A stretch of DNA of 64,000 nucleotides, taken from Octopus bimaculoides. Its lineage: Eukaryota. The translations under genes were made by a program, and so were the position numbers. The notes beneath the pieces were generated by a model that was given only the letters and a program-made list of their open reading frames with translations, did no database searches and was not told the origin of the DNA. Positions 12,205-25,851 of the stretch are shown here, one piece after another. The number at the start of each line of letters is the position of its first letter. Within the stretch, counting starts at the first letter, position 1. The stretch covers positions 11,389,568-11,453,567 of the forward strand of contig NC_068993.1 in NCBI RefSeq assembly GCF_001194135.2. The letters are read 5' to 3'.

Positions 12205-12308
12205 TCTTCTTCTTCTTCTTCTTCTTCTTCTTCTTCTTCTTCTTCTTCTTCTTCTTCTTCTTCTTCTTCTTCTTCTTCTTCTTCTTCTTCTTCTTCTTCT
12301 TCTTCTTC
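12205..12308. repeat. (TTC)n microsatellite running into a gap
   Basis: Read directly from the sequence. Confidence 0.95.
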
Positions 12309-13700
12309 NNNNNNNNNNNNNNNNNNNNNNNNNNNNNNNNNNNNNNNNNNNNNNNNNNNNNNNNNNNNNNNNNNNNNNNNNNNNNNNNNNNNNNNNNNNN
12401 NNNNNNNNNNNNNNNNNNNNNNNNNNNNNNNNNNNNNNNNNNNNNNNNNNNNNNNNNNNNNNNNNNNNNNNNNNNNNNNNNNNNNNNNNNNNNNNNNNNN
12501 NNNNNNNNNNNNNNNNNNNNNNNNNNNNNNNNNNNNNNNNNNNNNNNNNNNNNNNNNNNNNNNNNNNNNNNNNNNNNNNNNNNNNNNNNNNNNNNNNNNN
12601 NNNNNNNNNNNNNNNNNNNNNNNNNNNNNNNNNNNNNNNNNNNNNNNNNNNNNNNNNNNNNNNNNNTATATATAAGTATGTTTATATATATGTAGCTATT
12701 ATTTGACCCAGGACCATAATATGTCAACGTAACTCAAGGAAAATTAAGAATGTCAAATTCGCAACGGAAATGGATTTCGCAGAATTTTACCATGATAGGA
12801 ATTCCTAACAGAAAGGGGGATTGAAAGTGATTGAGTATGTGTGTTTGTGTGTGTATGTGTGTGTGTGTGTGTCTATGATAAATAACAAATAACACAAGTG
12901 TATCAAATAAAAGTGAAGCCAATTTCAACCAAAGGAAAAAAGGAAAAGAGAGGGATCGGATGTTAGGGAAGCATGTCAACGTAACCTTGAGTATAAAATA
13001 ACAATTTGTATGTGACATGAAGTGTGAATATAAGGGGAAGAATCAAAATTTAAGAAATCACAAGATAATAAACGAACAAATATCAAGGAATAAAGTGTCA
13101 AATCAGCTTACCATATCACGCCAGTGTTGACGATGTTGTAAGAAAAAAGACCAGTTTCGTTGATTCTCTGATGCTCAGATAAAAATGGTGGAAATCACAT
13201 TATGTTGTAGAGATAGATACGGGACGGCATCTATTTGAAGCAAGTAAGTAGGTAGATACGGAAAGCGAAAGCTTATGGGAAAAAGAAACATACAAGAAAT
13301 AACGAGAAATAAGACAGAAGAAACATATAACAGAAACGTTTAACAAAGCATGGCCAATAAATTGTTGAGTTAACTAAGCAAAAACTAGCATTTATCGAAA
13401 GATAAACAAAAAATAGATTTCGTCTCCACCTACATTCACTGGATTTAAATGTGTATTTTCCTTATTGGTACAAGCATGAATGAGTGTTGGAAAGGGGTTT
13501 AATCAATGAAATTAACTCTTGTGTGTTTACTAGAAGAGGTTTTTGTCGGCATTGGCGTGGGTATGAAAGGAAGAGTTCGATATGATGGGATGCGAGTTGT
13601 ATTGCAGTATCGAATTTCGTTTGTCGTTCCACCATTGCCATTGCATTTTGCCATCTGCATGACTCACATGCATGCAATGAATGTGTGCTTCTATTTCAAA

Positions 13701-13802
<102 letters not shown>

Positions 13803-14490
13803 ATATGTATAGTATTTTATGAGATATTTATTGTGTGCGTGTGCAAATGAATGAATACATTTATATATTTTATAATATATGTATATATATATTTCAATTT
13901 TGTATTTGGTTTGCAAGATTCTTTATGTGGATGCGTGTGTTGAAGCAAATGTTATTGTGTCTGGGAAGGGTCATTCTCTTTTAGTGCCTTAATAATTTAA
14001 CACACTCACCAATCTGATTTCCACTCGTTTACTTATTTATTTGCACTAAATATTACGTTATATAGCTATTGTTAAATTATCATTAATGAAAATAGCGGCC
14101 AGCGAGAATGAGAGAATGTTGCATATAAAAACGTAAAATGTCACGTGCACTGAATTAATGCTGTTTACTATTAAACATTAAAATCTTCTCCGCAGTGAAT
14201 GCAATGAATATTTGAATTTATGAAGAACTGGACGCAATGAATGCAATGAATATTTAAGTCTGCGCGAATTTGAAGTTAAAAAAATCAATCAATAAGCTTC
14301 AGAAATCGAAATTATAAGAAATATCTTAGAGCATGAATTTATAAAAATATTTCGAGACTGTCAAGCTTTTTAATATTACTATCTTTTAGAACATTTAGTA
14401 ATTGTTACATACCTAATTAATGAGCAGTTCTCTCTATTATAGTATAGATACCTGTATGTATATATATGTCTGTATATAGATATATGTATG

Positions 14491-14533
<43 letters not shown>

Positions 14534-14559
14534 NNNNNNNNNNNNNNNNNNNNNNNNNN

Positions 14560-14642
<83 letters not shown>

Positions 14643-16509
14643 CATGATTATATAATAAGTGTGAACATGTAGCATACACTATTGTGAACGCATACCACTG
14701 AAGTTCTCATTAAAAACAATTTAGAGGTGAATGACTTCCCAAGACGTCAGCGGAAACATAGCAACCATTTTATCTCATGCCCTCACTTTTGACTCTGTAA
14801 TACCTGCTGGTTTCTCCTCCTTATCGTTCCCCTATAGAACTCAACTTAAAAATATCGATAAACTTAATTCCTAAACGTTCGCTTCTCTCCTTAGAAAAAA
14901 CAATGATATACATGTTTACTCAGCCATTAAGAATAAAATTGGAATCTCTTTCAAATCCTTCGCGATGGATTTTAATAATGATAAGACGTAATGGTTGATG
15001 CTTTCTTACGTGTATGAATAATCTTACTGTATAGTAACGACTGGAATGTTCTTAATTTTAGATCTGAGCGTCAAGATTGAGCCAGGGTTAAAAAGAAACG
15101 ACAATGATCGCAAAAATGAGTAAAAAAGATAGTATTAATAACGACGAGTGTGACAACATCTATGACAACAGCAACAATAACAATAGTAGCAACATATTGC
15201 TATTATCCATGAAAATACTGTAAAACTGATAAAATAATGTTTTGTGAGATTTAAGTGTGACGTTTAAATGATCGTGGATTCGGGTTTTCTCCAGGCTAAC
15301 TTACTTTAGATGTACTATATTCAGACAAAGACTTCAAGCAGTGCAGCTAAGATATGATTGGTTACGAGTATCGTAGACGAATAAAAATGTAACAAAAAAT
15401 ACTATATTGCTACAAAAGTTTGAAATGAATTATTCATATACATTTCTCATTGTCCACAGAAACAATATACGAACACAAACAAGAAGAACAGATCTACAAT
15501 AGAAAGGTCCTTAGCAATAGGAGGTAAATATTTTAGTGATAGAGCTCAACAAGGGAGTTTGTCTAGTACTAGCTATTGATTGGGTTATTATATATTTCTT
15601 TCTAACGTCTGTATATTATAGCGATAAACCGAAGGAAAAATGTTAAACGGACAAAGCTATTAAATACAATGGTCTTTTACTGACATTTCTCAGTTCCATT
15701 TCATTGGTTATGCTATTTCCTTTATTTTGACTTGTTGTTTGTTTTGCGATGAATCTTGTTACTGATATTTTTAATATTATTCTCTCATTAGGACGAGAGG
15801 CGTGCAGCGGAATTAGTTGGGTGTGGAACAAAATGACTTCCGATATACTAATGAGGGCGTGAGAGTGAGTATTAGTAAGAGTGGATGGATTAAACGTTTT
15901 GCAGTATTTAATAACTTCCCATCTCTTTCTGAGTTCAAATCCCGCTACAGTTCACTCTTGATTTCATATATCCACAAACACGATCGATTTACACGATTCC
16001 ATCCACTTACAAGGATGAAGGTGATAGAGGGTATTTCTTCGAAGTGTATGGCAAATTGATCTATAGTATCAAATTGAAAACAAGAGAACTATCCTCGTCA
16101 TATGCACTTGTAAAGCCTCAAGTACCTCGTACAGCGAAAAGTGAAGAAGGAGAAGAAATGATCAAGGTTTGTTATTTGGATGTAGATCAATTGTGGACAT
16201 TTGACAATTAGATTCATCTCGTATGTCTAATATGATGGGATTACATATTTAAGTAAATATAGAGAAATTTAAGGTAGATTTTCTTGGTTTCTCTAGAAAA
16301 ATGGTCGTAGCTGTTTTTTCCTTGAGAGTGCGAGATAGTGGTGTAAGACGACGAACGATTGATGCAGGTGTTGTTCCTGTCAGTTGGATAAAGGGAATCA
16401 CATATCTCAAATCAGGAGGATACTCGTGGCATTAGGCTACACTGTATTCTCTAAGGAAGTGCTATATTTCAAGACATGGCCAATAGTTTTGTAGAAATGT
16501 ATATTTCCT

Positions 16510-17172
16510 AACTGTATATTATTTAGAAACTGGAAAACGAAAAGGGTGACCTAAAAAAGGATACTGAAATCCTAAACATCGTGGCCCAGGATCAGGCTCT
16601 GAATACCAACTCAGTGAAAACGAATATACACCATATAAGGGCATCGGACCTCTGCAGAATGTGTGGGAAGACAGTCGAAAGGGTGACTCACATTCTTAAT
16701 GTTGTGAATGTCTTGCGCAAAAAGAGTACAAGCGTAGATACAACAAGGTAGTCCAAAACCTCAACTGGCTATTATGCCGTAAGTATGGAGGTGAGGTTGC
16801 GGGTGCTTGGTACCAACATACACCGAAAAAGGTAATGGACGAAAAGGGGAAGGCTAAAATCCTTTGGGATTTTTACTTCCAGACAGACAAGATGTTAGAA
16901 CACCGAAGGCCAGATATAGTAACCTTTGGGAGGGGCAAAAAAGAGTGCCTAATAATTGACGAAGCGGTGCCAGATCAACATATCATCATGAAAGAAAGAG
17001 AAAACGTTGATAAATATGGAGACATGAGAATTGAGGTCGCTGAGATGTGGCAGCTATGGGAGTTGAACATAAAGGTTATCCCTATTGTCATTGGAGCATT
17101 GGGTTCAACACCACCCAAAACCACACGATATCTTCAACAACAACCTCGCGATATTATATACTGTGCGACATC

Positions 17173-17232
<60 letters not shown>
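16510..17232 (+). mobile_element. RLE (R2-group; HERO/R4-like) non-LTR retrotransposon 3' end with (AAT)n tail
   Basis: AQDQAL...CRMCGKTVERVTHIL.(C) zinc knuckle, then ILWDFYFQTD...RRPDIV...IIDEAVP...K...KY...IPIVIGALG (PD-(D/E)xK nuclease); frameshifted; (AAT)n at 17174-17230. Confidence 0.9.
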
Positions 17233-17233
<1 letters not shown>

Positions 17234-17249
17234 GTTTCAAATTATAACA

Positions 17250-17340
17250 CAATGGGGGAGGGGGCAAATCGATGACATTGACCCCAGTAGTCAACTAGGA
17301 TTCATACCGAACGAATCTCGAAAAGGTGAAAGGCATGAAA
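17250..17340 (-). mobile_element. SINE S1 partial
   Basis: ATTGACCCCAGTAGTCAACT...AAAGGTGAAAGGC aligns to the 43.2 kb copy. Confidence 0.6.
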
Positions 17341-18488
17341 GAATAAAAATGAAACAGAAAAATAATTGTTCTTCTTATTTGTGAGAAAGGATTATCGTCG
17401 TGAAGGATGGATTATTATTGAATGGTAATCAATTTTTTGAAATATTAAAGCTTTAAAAAATCTCTTGTACTTTGCGGTTTTAATCAACATCCTATCGAGA
17501 TCAACTTTGTCTTTTGTCCTTTCGTGGTCAATAAAACGACGTGCCATTTCGGTGTTAATGTAATCCACCAAACCTATGGCCCAAAACTGATGACCTTGGC
17601 AGTATCATTAGTGAGTCGAGACGATTCTCTAGCGTCATTAATTTTGCCTCATTAGATACTATGCTCAAATTTCACCGAGGTCATTTCTGCATATTATGCT
17701 CTCTTGGCCGATGAAATATTGTACCAAAAAAGTTACCGGTGTCGTTGTAATTGACTTAAACCACTTCCAATAAATTTTTCACTTTATGCTTACATTAAGA
17801 AAAAAAAAGAGTTATTATTATGTTGTCACAAAATGTTAGAGTGGCATTTGATCTAGTTGATTATCTCTTGATTTCTTATTCTGCATTGGTCAGTATTTTC
17901 TTTAACCATTTCTTCATCTCCAAAATCAATCATCAGTCAACAACCGGGATCAATGTATTAAATAACAACTTTCCAACAATATATTGTTAGCAATTTATAA
18001 ACAATTATTATTATTAATACTACGACTAGCATCATTGCAGCTGCTGCTGGTGCTACTACGGCTAAGAGATAGTGTTGCTGATTGTTTGAATAATCTTAAC
18101 ACAGTGTGTTGGGCAAACATATACAAGAATGCGGATATAATAATTGATACATCTTCACATAGAGACAGTCATACATGCACGTACGTACACACAATATATA
18201 TAATTCAGTATTTAGGGACAAATCAGTACAAATTTTAAAATGAGATAATATTGGAAAGAGAAAGACGCACTTAGTCACATTTGAAATAATCGGGAAAACT
18301 ACGCACATGTGTATATAATTATAGATCAATTTTAAATATAAATGTTAACATTCACAGTCATATTCATATATGCATATAAACATGCATACATATATTTTTA
18401 CATATCTGTGCGTATATGTACATAAATATATTCATAGATGCATTCACATATGCATGTATATACATATATATATACACACACACAAAAC

Positions 18489-18542
<54 letters not shown>

Positions 18543-19547
18543 NNNNNNNNNNNNNNNNNNNNNNNNNNNNNNNNNNNNNNNNNNNNNNNNNNNNNNNNNN
18601 NNNNNNNNNNNNNNNNNNNNNNNNNNNNNNNNNNNNNNNNNNNNNNNNNNNNNNNNNNNNNNNNNNNNNNNNNNNNNNNNNNNNNNNNNNNNNNNNNNNN
18701 NNNNNNNNNNNNNNNNNNNNNNNNNNNNNNNNNNNNNNNNNNNNNNNNNNNNNNNNNNNNNNNNNNNNNNNNNNNNNNNNNNNNNNNNNNNNNNNNNNNN
18801 NNNNNNNNNNNNNNNNNNNNNNNNNNNNNNNNNNNNNNNNNNNNNNNNNNNNNNNNNNNNNNNNNNNNNNNNNNNNNNNNNNNNNNNNNNNNNNNNNNNN
18901 NNNNNNNNNNNNNNNNNNNNNNNNNNNNNNNNNNNNNNNNNNNNNNNNNNNNNNNNNNNNNNNNNNNNNTATATATAATATATATACATACATATATATA
19001 TGTGCATGTATATATTTATATATGTATATTTATATATGCATATATTTATATATTATTATGACTATATTTATACCCATGTAAACATACACAATGATATATT
19101 TTCGTGTGCGCATATATTTATATTAAATGCAACCATACAACTCTAATTATTTTAGAGGACAATAGACTCGCATGGTTTTATCGAGAAATACTAAAATAGA
19201 ACCGATGCGTTAAAAATGCATAGACAAATCATCCTTCTTTTACTCAACAGAAAACTTTACCACAGCTAAAATTTTTACCTAACTTGCTTAAATCAGGTTT
19301 TATTAATAACTCCTTTTAAATACATTTTCCAAATTCTATAACGTGATTTTAAAGGATAACAGTAAATCAAAAACAACGAGAAAAATATTAAACGAGGACA
19401 AAACCCAGCAAGTTTCGTTTATGTATATCAATATCATGCAGGTTTGTATCACGGGATGTAGTGTAAGAGAATATAGCTATGAGGTTGGCTATAACACAGA
19501 CACTTCGATACAGCAGCTACTACTACTACTGCTACTACTACTGTTAT

Positions 19548-19640
19548 ACACGCGTTGGTCCAGTGTGCCATACAGTGGGACTGAACCCTGATCCATATGG
19601 TGTTGGTAAGCAAGCTACTTACTACACAGCCATTCCTGCG
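19548..19640 (-). mobile_element. SINE family S2, tRNA-like head only
   Basis: Reverse complement GCGCAGGAATGGCTGTGTAGTAAG...GGGTTCAGTCCCACTG contains A/B-box-like motifs. Confidence 0.75.
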
Positions 19641-19700
19641 CTTATATGTGTGTATTTACATACATACACACACAGACACACCCACACGCACATACCCCCC

Positions 19701-19749
<49 letters not shown>

Positions 19750-19789
19750 CTTAGAACTTACATAAAACTTAGATATATTTCGACCAAAG

Positions 19790-20615
19790 ATTGGTCCATG
19801 CCATGTCTAACTTAATAGCATCTCCTGATAAGATTATATGATGTCATGGTCCAGTCTAGTAGAGAGTACTTGTTGATTGAGTTGTATCCATGTATAGGTG
19901 GCTTATCTGGTATTACTTGAAGAAATTTTTCCAGATTCCGATTACAGGCGATGGGATCCTTTTCCTCTTTAATCTGTTTTGGGACAATGTTAAATAGAGC
20001 AGGGCCTGACGAGGAAAAGTAATTGTGTTGCAGCGTATTTATGTGTTGTGATCCTGAATTGGATAGAGGACGTATGACCCATGGTCCTAGCCTTGGATGA
20101 ATTTTGAAGCTAATGTTGAAGTCCATTGGGCAATACTGGCGGTATATTCTCCACATCGTGCAAATGATTTATCACTCACGGTGGCGCTGAAGAGAATAGA
20201 GTTTCAATGCTTTAAGGTGGTCCCATTAATCGAGATCAGTCATGCCTTTAATTCGTTTAGTGAATACCATCTGGGGTGATTCAATTTTCGAGATGTTTTA
20301 TTTTGTATATGGGGACCACAGTGGGCAGCAGTATTCGAGGTGCGGCCGTACAAAGGAGGAGAAAAGTGGAATGATGACACCTTGTTCTCTGGACCGAAAG
20401 GTTCTTATTATCCAGCAGCTCATCATACGAGCTATATCAACATTTTGTTGATTTGGGTACTCCAACTGGGATTGTTATAGGGGATCGTTATAGGCAATTA
20501 CTTCTAGGTCCCTGATATTATTAGATGATGTGAGAGGTTTCCCTAAAGGAAGAGAGTATGGTTGTTTTAGCATAGTTTCTTTTCCAAAATGCATGAGCTC
20601 AAATTTTCCTTCGTT
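19790..20615 (-). mobile_element. CR1/L2-like LINE ORF2 3' end, 5'-truncated, disrupted
   Basis: Minus-strand KGMTDLD*WDHLKALKLYSLQRHRE..IICTMWRIY...GPALFNIVPKQIK...NLEKFLQVIPDKP..LLDW, the typical CR1 C-terminus. Confidence 0.88.
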
Positions 20616-21990
20616 TAGTTGCATTTTGTTTTTGTCTGCCGATTGACTCACCGCATGTATACATATAAACGTATGTATTTATATATACATATATATACAT
20701 ATACACACATATATCTACAAATATATGTGTGTGTTTGTGTGTGTGTATGTATATGTGTGTGAAAGTTTGTGTGTGTATGAATATATAAATAGAGAGAGTT
20801 AAATAGGTAGATAATAGATAGATAAATTTATAGATAGATAGATAAATAGATAGATAGATAGATAGATAGCTATGCTTATACATATACATACATACTTGCA
20901 GATCTGCATACGTACATACATACGTAAGCCAATGACTACAAGAAGTTCCAAATGCGATTAATGGAATTAATTCTCTTTATACAGTAATCTAGTATATTTC
21001 TTGAAATATATTTTGCTCGTATTTTCTCTACATATGCATTTTCTGCATATGTTGTTTTATTTCCACCATTTGTTACGTATTTTCCTTAAGTCTACCGGAT
21101 TTGTAGAGAATCAATATGATATGAATCTGTTATATCCAAGTCTTCTGTCGGTTATATGGTTCAAAATAACTTTATTTCTTATCTAAACGTTTGAGAAGAG
21201 AAATTATAAACTGATATATCTAACTTAATGTTCTTATTTTTTTTTGTCATTAAGTCCATAGCATCTTTGCCATCGTATCCTCCATGCTTCTTCAGGAAAT
21301 TCCGTCCTGTCTCATTTTTGGACCTGCTGAATAGTTTATTAAGCCTACGAATGTTCGAAATTAAGTGAATTGTACTAAATGCCATAGGTAGCTGAAGAAG
21401 CCTGGTAGCTCCAACGCTCGAAATACGTTGTTACTAAAGCAAGCAAGATGGTAACACGAGTACGAGTATGTCATTCATATTTTTGAGTTTTAAGTATAGA
21501 AAATATGTTATTTGACATTTAGATATGTTCTAAATAGTTCATTCTAATTAAAATTGTGTGAATTGTCAGACATCCTAGTGGGGGCAGGTAGAAGACCTCG
21601 GGGAATTCGCGCCGACATTCGGCGTTCTGAGCTGTAAGCTATCAGGGTAAAATTTCCTTTCGACTATTTCGGGGGCGGCGAAAAAAATAAATGAATAAAA
21701 ACGAAAAAGAAGTATGCAGTCAAAGTGTTGGATTGGCAGAAAGTATGATGGAACCAAATGCTTGTCTGTCTTTGTTCCGTTTCTTGGCATTTTTGAATTA
21801 CTTGCCTGAATGTTTCTGTGATACAAATGTACGGCTTGGGTTGACACTACCAACGTACACACGTGCACACACCCACGCACTCACACACATACACACACGC
21901 ACACACATACACGTATCTATTTATATAAGTCCTTTGTTTACAGGAGACAAGATCGGGGCATGTATGTATGTATGTATGTATGTATGTATG

Positions 21991-22029
<39 letters not shown>

Positions 22030-22039
22030 AAATCAATCA

Positions 22040-22415
22040 TTCTATCTGCGAAGACATGCACTGAGACTGCGACATCACCGGCGCTTCATAGACGACGGTG
22101 AACAGATGTGGTCGCCGTTTGTGCGGCGCGCATTCCCGCAGCTCGTCTTCTTGGCCGAACTGCAGTCATGGATCAAACAGAGACTGAGGCTAGGCGAATG
22201 GTACCACAAGTGTCGTCTTGCTCTCAAGCAACTCTGCCGTCCGGGACCAAACTTGTGCGACTTCATTACAACAAAGGCGTTCTACAGAGGATTAGAAGAG
22301 GGGAGGTGCCACGACGTTCTCGAGCAGAATCTGGGCGTCGACGAGGAACACCTGACCTGCCTGTTCAGGACAACTCTCCAGCCAGGACCTATGGGCAATC
22401 ACCCGTGTGATTGTT
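22040..22415 (+). mobile_element. GC-rich L1/Tx1-like ORF2 internal fragment (post-RT region)
   Basis: Stop-free LRRHALRLRH..GEQMWSPFV..AFYRGLEEGRC..GVDEEHL..GPMGN in a GC-rich island. Assignment rests on my recollection of similar mollusc L1/Tx1 ORF2 sequence. Confidence 0.55.
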
Positions 22416-22421
22416 TGCTAA

Positions 22422-22608
22422 GGGGGCGAGCTGGCAGAATCGTTAGCACGCCTGGCGAAATGCTTAGCGGTATTACATTTGCCGAGGTCGACTTTTCCTT
22501 TCGGTGTCGATTAAATATCTACCAGTTGCACACTGGTGTCGATGTAATCGATTTAAACCCTTTGTTTGTCCCCTCTATTTTTATTCCACTATGGGCAATA
22601 AAGAAATA
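22422..22608 (+). mobile_element. SINE S1, internally deleted
   Basis: GGCGAGCTGGCAGAATCGTTAGCACGCCTGGCGAAATGCTTAGC...GCCGAGGTCGACTTT...AATAAAGAAATAA. Confidence 0.9.
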
Positions 22609-23302
22609 AAAATTCTCTAGACAGCTGCCAGTAACCCTGATATTAAATATCCGTTTGGGTTCGTTATACGACAAACTGTTTTTCAACATTTCATGTTTCG
22701 CATGATTTTGTCTGGGAAATTCAACATCTGAATTGAATTCATTTCTTTTCATATAAAGTAGCCAGCATTTATATAAGAATATTATATTCAACTGATCGAC
22801 ACAATGTGAAACTTATATTTCAGTATGTAGGTTAGCATCTCTAGATTAAACTATCTTTGAATTTCAATACATCCAATACATAGATGATGTTGAATCAATT
22901 TAGAGTAAATAGGAATCTTTTATGCACGGTTGCCATAATATTACTGTCTTCGAAATTACAATATATGGCTGCTTATTCTTTGAAATATCACATTGCTTCT
23001 AAGACAAAATCTGGCTGCCACTTTCTTTAGTCCAGACACATTAGATGAAACAGAAATGGAGAAACTTTCTTTCTCTTCTGTTTTGCGATTCTTATAATAA
23101 TCTTGTCATTTCACAGTTCTTTGTTTCTTTTGATTCTTTCATTCATTATTCTTTCTACCATTCATTCGTTCTTTCTTTCTTGTTTTGTTTCGTTCTTTCT
23201 TTCGTGTTTTGTTTCGTTTTTCATTGTATATTTCTGTTTCACATACAATTTCTAATTACCTTTAACCCGTCGACATCTTGCTCGTATACACCCTCTTTCT
23301 CT

Positions 23303-23352
<50 letters not shown>

Positions 23353-24920
23353 ACATGTATATATATATATATATATACGCATACATGTACACACACATAT
23401 GATTAACTTTCATATAGTTTCCCATCCAATAGGTGGACCGAGGACTATTCTAGAGACCATTATTCCACGGTGAAATGCTTCTTCACCACAAATAGACTAA
23501 TCACCAACATCAAAATAATGTCTTACACATTAAATTTAAATCTTTTCTGTATATTCCATAATAATGTCGATCAGCCTCGGCGTTTTCACAGAAATATACT
23601 TATATTCTGTAAAAGAATCCCAGCCTTATCATATGACGAAACCTCATTGTATACGTTATTAAATGTATGCAAGAACGCATTAACATTTGGTGGTTTTAAT
23701 GTAACGCTTGAATATCGCTTGTGATCACGTGCAGCGTGATCCTCTATACTCATTTAATATTTCAAGAAAGAATACAGAAACATTCCTTCATTTTGTAAAC
23801 TTGTACCGTCGTTTTGAACATAAATATATAGGAGAATAAATTTTCTACTCCAATTCACATACATACGATACGATAGGGAATCTATACAAGAAAGCATTAT
23901 CACCTGGAGTTTGCAAAGTAACGTTTCATTATTATATGAGGTAGAATACAAAAGAGAAGCCGGGTTGTTTAATTCGGGATATTAAATTGATGTCAGAATT
24001 TAGAATAGACAAACATTTTTTCGTTTTGCAAAATTGGACTATCTTTTCCAACATAAATATAAAAAGAAATCCTTTTCTACTCAAATTCACTTAACATAAC
24101 TTATTGAACATTAACAGATTTCGATAACATACTATCAACTGTCAATAATAATAAAATAATGATTAATTGAAATTACTAGAACGTAAATAGCATTAACACA
24201 TCAAAAATGCAATTGTCATTCAGAAAACGTATGTCCAGTTAATGGCAATTGTATAAGCAACTCATTTTTCTATCCATCGCCTGTCACATTTAATATTAAT
24301 CAAAATTGAATTGATTATATTGGAATGACAGCATATCAATTTGAAGATTAGATATTATCAGAATAATTATACATTTAATAACATTGCAAAAACGATTTGA
24401 CATTTGCTTAAGCGACAGAAGTTTTATTTTTTTTTGTTGGGGAATAATATTTTAATCTAGAATATTAGATGGTGCTGTTAGACAATCAATAAGTCATACA
24501 GAATCTAATTTCTTCTGCAGCTTATGTAGCGCTGACTTAAACTTATTTGGTAAAACACTAGCAACTGCTACGTAGAGACATATGCTATATGAAATTTATT
24601 TACCTATCTATATAAATGTCAGTGTGTATATAGTTAAGTAGTTATCTTCAGAATATATTTAGTTGTATGTATGTGTGTGTGTGAGTGTGAGTGTATGTAT
24701 GTATGTATGTATGTATGTATGTATGCATCTATCTATCTATCTGTCTATCTGTATGTCTGTCTATCAATGTACGTAGTCCATAGGACTGGGTACCCTGTGG
24801 AGGTAGTCCTCGATAAAGTTTTCGGTGTAAAAAATTCAAATCATTTGAGTAGCACAATTGCCGTGATTAGTAACAAATTCTCGTACATTCCATCTTCCGT
24901 CTTTCATTTACTCTATATAG

Positions 24921-24991
24921 TGGCACTCCGCCGGTTACAACGACAAGGGTTCCAGTTGATCCAATCAACGGAACAGCCTGCTCGTAAAATT
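24921..24991 (+). mobile_element. Dispersed repeat fragment (TGGCACTCCG...GGGTTCCAGTTGATCC), copy 1
   Basis: Aligns to 25763-25851; both copies start at the same TGGCAC after TA-rich sequence. Confidence 0.75.
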
Positions 24992-25762
24992 GAGGACCGA
25001 CCTGAAGGTAAATAAAACTTCGTCCTAAAACGAAAAGCTCTGTCCTAACATTAGATGTGGTTAACCTCGAAGGTAGTTAGCCCCTAACTATGAGTCTCAT
25101 AATCTTAATCAGTTATATGCTCAAGAAAAAGATATAAGCTCCAGCCTTTCGTCTCAGCCTGTCTCTCAGTGCTTTTCTTCTTAATTTATCTCACTCACAT
25201 ACACATATACATACAAATAGTCATGCGCATTGAAGTGATTAGCTATCTGCTTGTTCTTAGTAATATTCCTTCAATTCAATCTTTCACTTCAGAGTTAGTA
25301 TGACAAACATCAAATATCTTAATATTTTGGACATTACCAATGAAATTCAATCTGCATCAAACAAAGCCAAGTGCAACACTCTATTCTGTCACTGGATCGT
25401 TTTAACGCAGCTGCCTTTTATGGAGTTTAATATTGCACACTATTTGGAAATTTGACAATTAACTTGTGAAGAAGCCTTTCATTGCTTGGTTAACGGATAT
25501 CACATTACAATTGCCATTTGTTATCGGATAATAAATACTACAGAATCCATCGTTATACACTGGGGAACTGTAATATACTTACTGTTCAGGAGATTGTAAT
25601 ATCGTGGTGATATGATGCTTGTTACGTTGCATTATCATTCCTCGGTGCCGAAATTATGGAGATCAGTGTTCAGAAAAGTAAATGTACCTCCCTCTCTACC
25701 TACCTACCTACCTACCTACCTACCTACCTACCTATCTACCTACGTAGATACATATATACATA

Positions 25763-25851
25763 TGGCACACCGTTGGTGACAACGACTAGGGTTCCAGTTG
25801 ATCCGATCAACGGAACAGCCTGCTCGTGAAATTAACGTGCAAGTGGCTGAG
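25763..25851 (+). mobile_element. Dispersed repeat fragment, copy 2
   Basis: Shares AGGGTTCCAGTTGATCC.ATCAACGGAACAGCCTGCTCGT with copy 1. Confidence 0.75.

Noticed and set aside
15460-16170. Three plus-strand AG..GT-bounded segments (15460-15523, 15793-15860, 16013-16168)
   Set aside because: Phases do not join into one long ORF and there is no recognisable domain; such sites are common by chance in AT-rich DNA.
21389-21432. CTGAAGA..GCTCGAAA hammerhead-like motif
   Set aside because: Stem II is only marginal and stems I and III do not form; at best an unprovable relic.
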